Shown: one piece after another, positions 45,154-55,315 of the stretch | Layout of the letters: each line of letters starts with the position of its first letter | How positions within the stretch are numbered: the stretch's first letter is position 1 | Assembly (NCBI GenBank): GCA_023230105.1 | Contig: JALNXY010000003.1 | Location: forward strand, 10,998 to 74,997 | Direction of reading: 5' to 3' | From: Verrucomicrobiota bacterium | Lineage (GTDB): Bacteria; Verrucomicrobiota; Verrucomicrobiia; Limisphaerales; UBA1412 | DNA: 64,000 nt | Program-made: the position numbers and the translations under genes | The notes under the pieces: generated by a model | Databases searched by the model: none | The model's input: the letters and a program-made list of their open reading frames with translations, nothing else | Told to the model about the DNA's origin: nothing

Positions 45154-45668
45154 TGAAGAAAGATGATCAAAAATACCCCCCTTTAACAGAGAAGGGCTTA
45201 TCTTGTTTTATAGAAGCTACAGGATGGATGGAGCTGGGAGCCTATTCTGAGGTGCTTGATACTCTGAAAACACTACCCCAGGAGTATCAAAATCACTTTG
45301 ATATACTTCAGCTTCGCTGGGCTGCCCAACATAAACTAAAAAACTTTTCGGAGTGTAAAAAAATCGGAGCCGCCCTCGTTTTTCACCACAAAAATCTGGC
45401 AGAGTCATGGACATATTACGCTCAATCCTTTTACAACTTCAAAGAATATCACAAAGCCTACGAGGTCCTTCAGTCTGTAGAATCTCAATTCAAAACAAAC
45501 TGGCTTTTTGCCTACGATTTTGCCTGTTATCATAGCCTCACGCAGGACTTCGCAGGAACCGAGTATTGGCTAAAGATAGCGCGGAAATATGGAGGTACCA
45601 AGAAGATCAATCAAATGTACGTCCAAGACCCCGATTTCATCCCCTATCGGCAGTATCCTCAGTCTTGA
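45153..45668 (+). CDS. TPR-like helical-repeat hypothetical protein
   Basis: The ATG overlaps the stop of the zinc-ribbon gene (TAATG). Contains helical repeat pairs (SWTYYAQSFYNFKEYHKAYEVL, AYDFACYHSLTQDFAGTEYWLKIA). Confidence 0.45.
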   Translation: MKKDDQKYPPLTEKGLSCFIEATGWMELGAYSEVLDTLKTLPQEYQNHFDILQLRWAAQHKLKNFSECKKIGAALVFHHKNLAESWTYYAQSFYNFKEYHKAYEVLQSVESQFKTNWLFAYDFACYHSLTQDFAGTEYWLKIARKYGGTKKINQMYVQDPDFIPYRQYPQS

Positions 45669-45705
45669 TCTATCTTCAGGTTCCTGAAAAGTTCAAATAG
45701 AACGC

Positions 45706-46695
45706 CTAGGGCTCCTTTGGTGCGGGCTCTGGCGTTGTAAGCGGCACTGCTTGGTAAATAACACTTCCGTCAGAAATCTGAGTTCTTTGCAACCGCATCG
45801 GAACATATACTATCTGCTCGTCTTCCGGAAGAATTTTACTGTCTGACTTTAAAGATGGAGAGAGCATTTTTGTTTTTGCCTGCGATTCCCATGCATATCT
45901 CATCCAAATTCTCATTTGTGACTGGGTGAGCATGAGGCGCAAATTACGACGAAGCTCAACTTGCTCAATGGATTTATCGTAGAGTGCATCCATAAGGCCG
46001 CGGCTGCATTCATAAATGTCACCGTAGTTGGGGAATTCCTCATCAATCAACGTTTTTAAGTTTTTTTGAAGCAGTTCGATTTTTTTGTCTATCTCCGTAA
46101 TTCGCCCATTTGCATCTGCAACTATCTCTCGATAGTGGAGCAAAGATTCGGGAGTAAGATTCATCAACTTTTCTAAATTCGCATCTCCCGAGCTAATGGG
46201 CACCGCATCTGCTATAGATGGTTCGACAACTCCCAGTTCCTCAGATTGTTTTTCTGAATTAACTATTGCTGCTAGCTTGTCAGTGACAGATTCACCCGTG
46301 CCGGGCTGTGTCTCTTTTAATAGCTCTTTTTCATCTATCTCAAACAATTGATTAGTGTTATTATTAGCAACCTCTTCAGTCCGGTTTTCAGCTGCTTCAC
46401 TTAGCAATCTCTCTATCCGTCCATCATCCTCTGTACCCTGCTGTAATCTCAACTCAGCCAACACACGGGCTTCCTGCAGGCGGTCCAAACGCAGATAATC
46501 CCTCTCGTTTAACATGCCCAACTTCTCTTTTTCGTACAGAGCATTGATTAACTTATCAATACGTTCTATAGCACTTTGCAGGTTTGCACGTGCCTTCGTA
46601 GGCTCTACCGCTTTTACCAAGTTGGTCTCGGCCGGTTTTGAAGAAACGATAAAACAACAGACCAACAAGAGAACTAAACTTAAATATTTTTTCAT
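45706..46695 (-). CDS. secreted coiled-coil hypothetical protein
   Basis: Signal peptide MKKYLSLVLLLVCCFIVSS, then long heptad-like acidic helices. No family recognised. Confidence 0.5.
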   Translation of the reverse strand: MKKYLSLVLLLVCCFIVSSKPAETNLVKAVEPTKARANLQSAIERIDKLINALYEKEKLGMLNERDYLRLDRLQEARVLAELRLQQGTEDDGRIERLLSEAAENRTEEVANNNTNQLFEIDEKELLKETQPGTGESVTDKLAAIVNSEKQSEELGVVEPSIADAVPISSGDANLEKLMNLTPESLLHYREIVADANGRITEIDKKIELLQKNLKTLIDEEFPNYGDIYECSRGLMDALYDKSIEQVELRRNLRLMLTQSQMRIWMRYAWESQAKTKMLSPSLKSDSKILPEDEQIVYVPMRLQRTQISDGSVIYQAVPLTTPEPAPKEP

Positions 46696-46910
46696 ATCCT
46701 TAAAATCGCTCCAGAGTGAATCCTCGCTTCATTTGAGACAATCTCTCTCCATAATACGTCTTCAGAGCTGGTTTTATTCACCCTTGAAGCAAATCTATCA
46801 AAAACGACTCATAGCAGGCAATCCAAGAGACAAAAGGCGTCTGCTTTGTCGGCCATTCCTGGATGGCTACCGATAATCCGTATCACCCACTATCTGATGA
46901 ATAATAAATT

Positions 46911-49559
46911 TTATTTTTCAGATTTTCGAAGCTGAATAAACACAACGGGCAGCCCAACTGCCATCAGCAAGAAGCTGAGGAAAAAGAAGTGAACCGGTTG
47001 TTCAAAACGCATTTCAACATGATGATCACCTGGAGTCATATAAATTCCCCGGGCGATATAATTACAGCGCAGAACTTGAGCAGTCTTCCCATCCACAAAA
47101 GCTTTCCACTTGGGACTGTAGCGGTCATTGATCAGTAAAATTGAGTCTCGATTAACTCCTTTGAGATTAACTGTAAATTTCAAGGGCGAATAGCTCTCAT
47201 ATTCCAGTCGAGTGAAGGGCTCCGGGTCGTTAGTGCAGGCCGGTAAAATACTTCCTTCTCGCGCACCTGAGGCATCCATCGCCGATTGTGCATCTACAAG
47301 TAAGGTCTGCGAGGGATCAAACATTGCATCACTCAATTTTGACAGAGTGACTTGATTCGATTGAGTGAGTTCCCAATGTTTATAAAGTGCCAGTCGCGGG
47401 ATGGCTCCGGAAAACTCCATTAATGCGAAAGGACCTTCCTGATTTGTTACTGCCAAAAGATACCGCGGGGGATTGGTATTCTTGAGTGTAAAAGGGGCAA
47501 TTTCTGAAAACCGTTTCTGTGCAGGATCCCAGGCTTCATTCAGTGCTGAGGCCACACCCGCTAGGCTGATCAGCTTTCGAGTTCCAGTGAGCTCCCAGTG
47601 CCTTACAGGGTTTGTTGAAAATGTACTTTCAAAAATGATTTTATCCATCGCTTTACGAGGCTCCATCCAACTCTCCAGAGCGGGGATGTTATAATGAGGA
47701 AATTCGTGCTGGAGCCACTCTACAGGGTAAAGCTGAGCCAGCGCTCTACCATACTCATTGCCGGTGGGGAAAGAGGCAACACGATCAGTCTTGGGAGATG
47801 CAGCTAAAATGGTCAATAAATCATCTTTCTGCAAGCGTTCCTGATAATTATAGAAAACCACCCACGGTTTATTTGCTCGATAAAAATCAGCCGACAACAC
47901 CAAAAGAAAAGCCAGGCAGACTAAAACACCTTTTTTTCCTGTTGATTGTTTTCCCAATATAAGGGCCATCAACAGCAAGCCCAACATCAATAGGGCAATG
48001 TAAATCATAATTTCCCACATGCTCGCCTGGAAATTTAGACGGGCGACCTGAGTATCAATACCCGTTTGCTCCATCCAAACAACCAACGCCTCTTGAGAAG
48101 AGAGAAAAATTAAAAAACCGAGAGCTGATATACCAATCCATCCCAAGAGCCCCCAGCACCAGCCTTTGTCAAAAGAGCCCAGATTGCGCCAGCTTAGAGC
48201 CAACATTTTTCCCAAGCTGCTCCGCTGCTCCCTGTCCGCCTCACCGGACTGAAGCCGATTCAGATAAGCACGACAAAGCCCCAGCATTGCATAACCAAAG
48301 AGGATGAGAATAGAAATATGAAAAGGAACCAGGTATTTAATCGGATTACGAAACATCCCAAACACAGGAGTGATATAAACCAATTGATAAAAAGGAGCAT
48401 ATCTGCCGAAAGCCAATAATAGGGAAACCAATCCGGCAATAGACCAAAACTTAAGGTGTCGTATTTCATTTTCCGTGAAGGGATTATCCTTCTTTCTCCA
48501 GATATTGGCGACGGCCCAGGATGCGAGCAACACAACAAAAAGTCCGGCATACTCCCCAGAGCCTGAAAAACGAGCGCCCGGATTTCCCAACTGGTATCCC
48601 GGCGTTTCACCCACTGATCCCCAATAGCCGCTTCCGTCCTGCTTATCCATTCGATACCCCAATAGTCCGGGGATAATAATTCGCAAGGTTTCTTTTTTAG
48701 GAAAACTCCACTGAGTGGAAAAATCCCAACGCTGAGCCTCTACCTGTGGGTCTTCAAAAACACCCACTCCTTTAACCTGAGTTTCGGAAAGTGATGAAAG
48801 TGAATAAGAGGCCACTAACGCCGCCACCCCAGCAATCACCGCTACTCGAGTTATAGCCAAAAAAATCCTCTTACTAACCGGAGGCGATAGGGATTCATCT
48901 TTTTTAGGCACTGCAAAAAGAGTCAAAAAAACTGTGTAAAGAGCAATATATACGCAGAGTATGGCCCCCAAATCGTACCCCTCCATAATGGCAAGCCCTG
49001 AGCCAACTCCCACCAATCCTACTTTAAGCCATCGAAATCGGCCCTGAAACCCTCGAGCCACCATTGCCAAAGCCAACATGACTCCACCGAAACAAAGCGG
49101 GCGAGAGCCCAGCCCCCAGCAGGCATTGGAAAAATTGTTCGAATTAAACGCAACGGCGATTCCACCCATTGCGCATACCCAGGTATTGCCACCAATTGCA
49201 CGAAAAAAAAGACCGCCGCAAAGTCCGGCAAAAAGCGTCGCCAGAAAAGCATCAAACTTGGCAAAACCGAGAGTACCCAATAGGAAACGGATCAGGTTTG
49301 TCATGTTTGGCGGAGCCGCAACATCTTCATTTCCGAGCCAGTTAAGGTCATTCCATTGTCCTAAAAAAGTCCCCGGCAATTTCCATACATCCGAACTGAT
49401 AACCCCGTAAGGTCCATCATTGGAAAATTGGACCATTTCTGTTTTGAATGCAGGATATAGGAGTGCCGTTAACAAAAGAATCAACGCCACGAAGAGGAGG
49501 ATTAACCCGCCCTTGATTTTGGGAGATTGTTTAAAATCTTTTAAACTGGAGCCTTCCAT
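46911..49559 (-). CDS. large polytopic membrane protein, YfhO-like (GT-C-type glycosyltransferase candidate)
   Basis: More than 12 transmembrane segments, a large C-terminal soluble domain, and the family-typical ending YSPKWKAFVDGKTAQVLRCNYIARGIYMTPGDHHVEMRFEQP plus a final transmembrane segment. Confidence 0.5.
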   Translation of the reverse strand: MEGSSLKDFKQSPKIKGGLILLFVALILLLTALLYPAFKTEMVQFSNDGPYGVISSDVWKLPGTFLGQWNDLNWLGNEDVAAPPNMTNLIRFLLGTLGFAKFDAFLATLFAGLCGGLFFRAIGGNTWVCAMGGIAVAFNSNNFSNACWGLGSRPLCFGGVMLALAMVARGFQGRFRWLKVGLVGVGSGLAIMEGYDLGAILCVYIALYTVFLTLFAVPKKDESLSPPVSKRIFLAITRVAVIAGVAALVASYSLSSLSETQVKGVGVFEDPQVEAQRWDFSTQWSFPKKETLRIIIPGLLGYRMDKQDGSGYWGSVGETPGYQLGNPGARFSGSGEYAGLFVVLLASWAVANIWRKKDNPFTENEIRHLKFWSIAGLVSLLLAFGRYAPFYQLVYITPVFGMFRNPIKYLVPFHISILILFGYAMLGLCRAYLNRLQSGEADREQRSSLGKMLALSWRNLGSFDKGWCWGLLGWIGISALGFLIFLSSQEALVVWMEQTGIDTQVARLNFQASMWEIMIYIALLMLGLLLMALILGKQSTGKKGVLVCLAFLLVLSADFYRANKPWVVFYNYQERLQKDDLLTILAASPKTDRVASFPTGNEYGRALAQLYPVEWLQHEFPHYNIPALESWMEPRKAMDKIIFESTFSTNPVRHWELTGTRKLISLAGVASALNEAWDPAQKRFSEIAPFTLKNTNPPRYLLAVTNQEGPFALMEFSGAIPRLALYKHWELTQSNQVTLSKLSDAMFDPSQTLLVDAQSAMDASGAREGSILPACTNDPEPFTRLEYESYSPLKFTVNLKGVNRDSILLINDRYSPKWKAFVDGKTAQVLRCNYIARGIYMTPGDHHVEMRFEQPVHFFFLSFLLMAVGLPVVFIQLRKSEK

Positions 49560-49714
49560 AAAACAGGAGTCATTATCACAGAGTCACCTTAATAGGACCA
49601 GAAAAAACCATCCAATCTTAATGACGTTTCCGCGTTAAAAAAGATAAATGCCTCTATTGAGAGTTTAATAAACACACTTTCATTTCCAGTAGGGTACAAT
49701 TCTCCATGATCGTG

Positions 49715-50899
49715 TTACGGCAAAGCTTTTTTTGCTTTATCGTAGATATCCATCAAAATCTGATAATTGACCTGTGGCGTGTAATGCTTTAAAAAGTGTT
49801 CACGGCCCGCCATCCCCATCTGCTCTCTCTTTGAATGCGAAAGCATTATCATTTTTTGAATGGCTGCTTCTGTGTGCCCCGGTTCAAATGGATTATAAAG
49901 AAAACCCGTGACTCCATCCTGAACAATCTCGCTGCGGCCTCCCAGATTGGTGGCTAAAACGGGCTTACTCATCGCCATTGCTTCTATCATCGTTAATCCA
50001 AAGGTCTCATACCACACTGAGGGAAACACCAAAAAAGTAGTCTGAGCCAGTAACCGAAGCACTTCATTTCGTGAAAGGCTCCCCATAAATGTCACGTTAG
50101 GTACTTTTCTGGCCCGTAATCGTCCCCCCAAAGCCCCCTCGCCTATCACAGTAAGCGGATAATCTATTTTTTCCCAGACATCCAGAAGCTCTGATATCCC
50201 CTTCTCAGCTGATAGTCTGCCAATAAAAAGAGCACCCGGCTTACTTGGAAGCAATTGATTACTCAAGTTTGGATCATCCAAAAAATTGGGCTTAACATAG
50301 ATTTTCCCGGCCTCCAATCCTCCCTGAATAAACTTTTCCCTGGAAAACTTCGAAAGCGCTATGAATGCGTTCACTTCATTTTTGAGAAAATGCCGCCGCC
50401 TGGTCGCGTGATAGAGCCTGAGACTCAAAAAAGTTTTAAAGCGGCTTCCCCCTGGAAAACAACCTCTTATTAAACAACGAATAAATCTATTATCCCGAAG
50501 ACAATCCTCACAAGGACGCCCCTTATACATCAACTGCGCTCCCGGGCAAATCATTCTGTAGTTGTGAAGAGTATACACTGTCGGAATTTTTCGTTCTTGA
50601 GCGGCAGCGAATACCGAAGGTGTCATTACTAGCCAATAATTGTGCAAATGAAAAATATCCGGTTTAAATTCATCGAGAATTTTTCCGGCATCCCGTTTCC
50701 TTTGCTCTGACCAGGTAAGATTGGCAAATGCAGAGATTTTGCTACCCCAGCCCGTCTGGTGTATTTCTGCATTGTTCCTCTCCCAGACACAAACTTCGTG
50801 TCCGTGCTTCCTCAAAAGCTTCTCCTCTGCAAGGACTACGTTCCTTTCCCCGCCAGAAGGAATATCAGCATAATTATTGAAAGCTATCAGTATTCTCAT
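49715..50899 (-). CDS. glycosyltransferase family 4 (GT-B)
   Basis: FIGRLSAEKG and PSVWYETFGLTMIEAMAMSKPVLATNLGG (E-x7-E region). Confidence 0.8.
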   Translation of the reverse strand: MRILIAFNNYADIPSGGERNVVLAEEKLLRKHGHEVCVWERNNAEIHQTGWGSKISAFANLTWSEQRKRDAGKILDEFKPDIFHLHNYWLVMTPSVFAAAQERKIPTVYTLHNYRMICPGAQLMYKGRPCEDCLRDNRFIRCLIRGCFPGGSRFKTFLSLRLYHATRRRHFLKNEVNAFIALSKFSREKFIQGGLEAGKIYVKPNFLDDPNLSNQLLPSKPGALFIGRLSAEKGISELLDVWEKIDYPLTVIGEGALGGRLRARKVPNVTFMGSLSRNEVLRLLAQTTFLVFPSVWYETFGLTMIEAMAMSKPVLATNLGGRSEIVQDGVTGFLYNPFEPGHTEAAIQKMIMLSHSKREQMGMAGREHFLKHYTPQVNYQILMDIYDKAKKALP

Positions 50900-51047
50900 T
50901 TTCGGTTGCCGAGCACCCTGCCTGCTGTTTTAGGAGAACTCACGCGGTCCAATTCTAATTGAAAAGCTCCGCATTGGAACTTTTTTCAGAAAAAGTTGAA
51001 AAGGGATTGACCGCTGAATCCTTTTTTGGCATCCTCTGCTGCGTTGC

Positions 51048-51124
51048 GGGGGCGTAGCTCAACTGGTTAGAGCGCTGCCCTGTCACGGCAGAGGTTACGG
51101 GTTCGAGCCCCGCCGCTCCCGCCA
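51048..51124 (+). tRNA. tRNA-Asp (anticodon GTC)
   Basis: Acceptor GGGGGCG/CGCTCCC, D arm GCTC-AACTGGTTA-GAGC, anticodon arm CTGCC-CTGTCAC-GGCAG, T loop TTCGAGC, encoded CCA. Confidence 0.9.
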
Positions 51125-51273
51125 TCATTCTTCATAGGTTTATGTCAATGACGTAAGTTATTGACTCTTCTTTTCTCGCGGCTTGTTTCAATTTTTTTGT
51201 ATACTTATCTCCCATTTTTCTTGCCCAAGTTGGGATAATTTGTTAGACTTTAACCCGACTGAAATTATTTGTT

Positions 51274-53241
51274 ATGAAACAGGCAATATATACATCGCTG
51301 GGTGCTTCGTTATTGGTTGCATCTCTTTTTTCTGCCCCGGTTTTTGGCGCAGAAAACCCTGTCCCTGTCACTGTTAGCATCAAACAAACAGGAGAACCCA
51401 TTTCGCCCTACATCTACGGCCAGTTTATTGAGCATCTGGGTGAATGTATTTACGGAGGCATCTGGGCCGAGATGCTCCAAGATCGTAAGTTTTTTTATCC
51501 GGTAACCGGTGAAACTCCCGCTTGGGATTTTTTCAAAATCGGTGACGATGCTTTTTCAGGTGCAGGCCACCCCCTTGAGCTTCTGCGCCGCTCTCCCTGG
51601 ATGATACTGGGGAATAAAAAACTCTTCAGCATGAACAAAGATAATCCCTATGTTGGGGCTCATACACCCACATTGGATTTAGGGGATAAAGGAATGGGGG
51701 GCATTTATCAAGAACGCCTCGCCGTTGTTAAGGGCAAGAAATACTCCGGTAGAGTTATCCTTTCGAGCTCGGGTAATGCCACTGTATCAGTTCGCCTTGT
51801 CTGGGGATCAGGATCAACTCAGTTTGCTGTGAAAACATTTGAAAAATTGAGCAATGAATTCGAAAAATATTACTTCGATTTTACAGCGGACAACACAACC
51901 GATAATGCCAGAATTGAAATCATCGCTTCCGGCAGCGGGACTGTAAAAATCGGAACTCTTTCCCTGATGCCCTCAGATAATATCTATGGTTTCAGAGCTG
52001 ACACCATGGCTTTACTCAAAGAGCTCAACTCCCCTGTCTATCGTTGGCCGGGCGGCAACTTTGTTTCGGGCTACAATTGGCGCGACGGCATCGGAGACCC
52101 TGACAAGCGCCCACCTAGAAAAAATCCCGCTTGGACAGGTATTGAACACAATGATGTCGGATTGGATGAATTTATGGTCTTCTGCCGAGAGCTCAATACT
52201 GAGCCCTACATTGCGGTTAATACTGGCGCAGGCACCCCTGAAGAATGTGCTGCTGAGCTTGAATACATGAACGGTGACGCAACGACTCCGATGGGTAAAA
52301 TGCGTGCCGAAAATGGTAATCCTATGCCTTACGATGTAAAATGGTGGGCAATCGGTAATGAGATGTACGGTAATTGGCAGATCGGACATATGACGGTCGA
52401 GAAGTACCTGGAAAAGCATCAGAAAGTTGTGGATGCCATGCGTAAAGTAGACCCCAACATTATCGGTGTTGCTGTCGGGGATTTGGGGTCTGGCTGGAGC
52501 AAAAAAACACTGGAAAACTGCAGCGACCACATGACCCACTTAAGCGAACATATGTACTGGCAGTACAACCCGGATATCGTCAAACACGTTTCCCGCCCTG
52601 CTAATGAGATAAAATGGAAGGCGGACGGACATCGCAAACTGCGCCAGGAACTTCCTGCACTCCAAGGGAAAAACATCCGGATTGCTATGGATGAGTGGAA
52701 TTACTGGTATGGTCCCAACGTTTTTGGCGAACTGGGAACTCGTTATTTCTTGGATGACGGTCTGGGGGCAGCAATAGCGTTACATGAGTTCTATCGTAAT
52801 AGCGACATTTACGTCATGGCGAACTACGCTCAAACCGTAAACGTGATTGGCTGCATCAAAACGACAAAGACTCATGCTGAATTCGAATCCACCGGTTTGG
52901 TTTTGAAACTCTATCGCGAACGCTACGGAGTGACACCTGTTGCCGTCAGCAACGTGCCTAAGCCGCTAGACATGGCTGCCGCTCTTACAGCAGATCAACG
53001 GGCTCTCACCTTTTCTGTGGTAAACCCCACTTCTGAAAAACAGGATTTGACCTTGGCTTTAGACGGAGCCACGTTCGGAAACCGTGCCCAACAATGGGTC
53101 ATTACGGGGCCGGAGCGTCGAAGCTATAATAACCCGGGAGAGCCCAGGGCCATTGACATCACATCAAGTCCCGTTTCCGCTTCAGGAAAGCTCTCTGTTC
53201 CTCCTCTAAGCATCACACTTGTGAGCTATGATCTGAAATAA
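51274..53241 (+). CDS. secreted alpha-L-arabinofuranosidase, GH51
   Basis: Signal peptide. IYGQFIEHLGECIYGGIW, WPGGNFVSGYNWRDGIG, WAIGNEMYGNWQIGH (acid/base Glu context). Confidence 0.8.
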   Translation: MKQAIYTSLGASLLVASLFSAPVFGAENPVPVTVSIKQTGEPISPYIYGQFIEHLGECIYGGIWAEMLQDRKFFYPVTGETPAWDFFKIGDDAFSGAGHPLELLRRSPWMILGNKKLFSMNKDNPYVGAHTPTLDLGDKGMGGIYQERLAVVKGKKYSGRVILSSSGNATVSVRLVWGSGSTQFAVKTFEKLSNEFEKYYFDFTADNTTDNARIEIIASGSGTVKIGTLSLMPSDNIYGFRADTMALLKELNSPVYRWPGGNFVSGYNWRDGIGDPDKRPPRKNPAWTGIEHNDVGLDEFMVFCRELNTEPYIAVNTGAGTPEECAAELEYMNGDATTPMGKMRAENGNPMPYDVKWWAIGNEMYGNWQIGHMTVEKYLEKHQKVVDAMRKVDPNIIGVAVGDLGSGWSKKTLENCSDHMTHLSEHMYWQYNPDIVKHVSRPANEIKWKADGHRKLRQELPALQGKNIRIAMDEWNYWYGPNVFGELGTRYFLDDGLGAAIALHEFYRNSDIYVMANYAQTVNVIGCIKTTKTHAEFESTGLVLKLYRERYGVTPVAVSNVPKPLDMAAALTADQRALTFSVVNPTSEKQDLTLALDGATFGNRAQQWVITGPERRSYNNPGEPRAIDITSSPVSASGKLSVPPLSITLVSYDLK

Positions 53242-53314
53242 GACCCAGGTTTAGGCCACAGCCACTTTTAAGTGGCGAATATTGAACGTCGAAAGATGTT
53301 CTTAGCGAAAGCTG

Positions 53315-55282
53315 CTACTGTTCTTCCATCTCACTCAACTCAGTAGCAGCTTTTTCCCATTCCAGATTCCGAGCCTCAGATTCTTCCCGGTTTGAAATCA
53401 ACTTTTGGTTTAAATCTTCCACCGCAGCTCTATCCTCGTACAGAGAAGGATCCTGCAACTGAGCAACAAGCTCAGCGTGCTGCATTTCCAATTTACTGAT
53501 CTCTCTTTCCAGTTTATTGACCAGCATCCTGAGTTCCCTTCTGCGATTGGATAAAGCCGTTTTCCTTTGTATTTCTATTCTTTTCAGCTCCCTTGCTGAA
53601 AGTTCAGATTCCAGAAGATTCTTCTCCTTAGAATTCTCTGGTTGTGCATTAACCAAACCTTGCCCTGCGACAATTCCATCGCGCTCGTTGAGAGTTTGAT
53701 TTTTTTTCAGATAATAGTCATAGCCGCCTGCATAAGTCGTTATACGCCCTGAATGAATATGGAGAACTTTTTGGGCGAGACGACGAATGAAGGTCACATC
53801 ATGGCTGATAAAAATTAAAGTCCCTCGATACTGCTCCAAAGCATCCATCAACACTTCGCAGCTATCCATATCCAGATGAATTGTGGGTTCATCCATTAAA
53901 AGCAAATTGGGTGGATTGAGCAATAGTTTTACCAGGGAAAGTCTGGATTTTTCTCCTCCGGAAAGAACAGATACTTTCTTAAATACATCGTCGCCGCGGA
54001 AGAGAAATGAACCTAAGATAGTTCGCACGGTCACCTCCAGCGGCGGATATGGAATATCCATCGCTTCTTCCAACACGGTGTACTCAGGTGTAAGCATGTC
54101 AATTCGGTTCTGGCTATAGTAGCCGCAGGATACCTTTAGCCCCAAGGAGCGATCTCCTTGCTGAACGGGCAATACCCCAGCCAATAATTTAAGCAAGGTC
54201 GATTTGCCCGCTCCATTCGGACCGATTAAAACGATACGCTCTCCGCGTTCCACCTCCAGATTAATACCTCGATAAACTTCGAGAGCTCCATAAGAATGAT
54301 GAACGCCGCTCAGCGTAATTACCCGCTGTCCGCTGGATTCAGGCTGAGGGAACTGAATATGAATCTTGGGTTCATCACTTTCAGGCGCCTCTATTTTAAC
54401 CATCCTCTCAATTTGTTTAATCTTGCTTTGTGCCTGAGCGGCCTTAGTTGCTTTGGATCCAAAACGATCCACGAAGCGCTGCAGTGAAGCAATCTGCTCC
54501 TGTTGATTCCGGTAGGCTGCCCATTGTTGCTCAAGCCGGGCCGCTCGCTGGAGACAGTAATCATCGTAGTTGCCTCTATATCTGTGCAAACGGTTACAAC
54601 GAAGCTCCATAACAAGCCCCTTTTTTTGATTCCCCAGAACTGCGTTTAGAAAGGAGCGGTCATGAGAAATCAGAATAATTGCCCCCGGGTAATCCAACAG
54701 ATAATTTTGGAACCAGAGTAACGTCTCTAAATCCAGATGGTTGGTTGGCTCATCCAGAATCAGTAAATCCGGAGCCATCACCAAGAGTCTGGCAATATAG
54801 GCCCTCATCACCCAGCCGCCACTCATCTCAGATGCCGGCCTTCTAAAATCCTCTTCTCGAAAGGCAAGTTTCTTCAGAATATTCTGAGCTTTCGGCTCCA
54901 GTTCATACCCCTCCAGTTCCTTATAACGTCGGCTTGTCGCCGAATATTGCACGGAAGCTTTTTGCCCGGCAGCTTCCAAATCGAGCATCTCTTGCCGCAA
55001 CTTCGAATGTTCTTCTGTAATTCCAACGGCTAATCCAAGTATTGTTTGACTGCTTGCGGCCGGAGCCTCCTGTGGCAGAAATCCCAGAGTTGTTCCGCGA
55101 TTCAAGGCGATTGTCCCCGCGTCCGCTTCTTCCAGACCAAGAATGATATTAAAAAGCGTGGATTTGCCGACACCATTCGCGCCTACCAACGCCACGCGAT
55201 CACCCTTTACAATGCTAAAATTAACATCATTGAATAGTAGCCTGGGCCCGTAAGATTTACTGATACTGGTAACGGAAAGCAT
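53315..55282 (-). CDS. ABC-F family ATPase (Uup/YheS-like) with C-terminal coiled coil
   Basis: Two ABC cassettes (GANGVGKST, LSGGW; GPNGAGKST, LSGGEKSRL) with no transmembrane domain. Long charged helical tail. Confidence 0.85.
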   Translation of the reverse strand: MLSVTSISKSYGPRLLFNDVNFSIVKGDRVALVGANGVGKSTLFNIILGLEEADAGTIALNRGTTLGFLPQEAPAASSQTILGLAVGITEEHSKLRQEMLDLEAAGQKASVQYSATSRRYKELEGYELEPKAQNILKKLAFREEDFRRPASEMSGGWVMRAYIARLLVMAPDLLILDEPTNHLDLETLLWFQNYLLDYPGAIILISHDRSFLNAVLGNQKKGLVMELRCNRLHRYRGNYDDYCLQRAARLEQQWAAYRNQQEQIASLQRFVDRFGSKATKAAQAQSKIKQIERMVKIEAPESDEPKIHIQFPQPESSGQRVITLSGVHHSYGALEVYRGINLEVERGERIVLIGPNGAGKSTLLKLLAGVLPVQQGDRSLGLKVSCGYYSQNRIDMLTPEYTVLEEAMDIPYPPLEVTVRTILGSFLFRGDDVFKKVSVLSGGEKSRLSLVKLLLNPPNLLLMDEPTIHLDMDSCEVLMDALEQYRGTLIFISHDVTFIRRLAQKVLHIHSGRITTYAGGYDYYLKKNQTLNERDGIVAGQGLVNAQPENSKEKNLLESELSARELKRIEIQRKTALSNRRRELRMLVNKLEREISKLEMQHAELVAQLQDPSLYEDRAAVEDLNQKLISNREESEARNLEWEKAATELSEMEEQ

Positions 55283-55315
55283 TCTGAATAGTATGATTGA
55301 GAGAAAAGTATCCTT

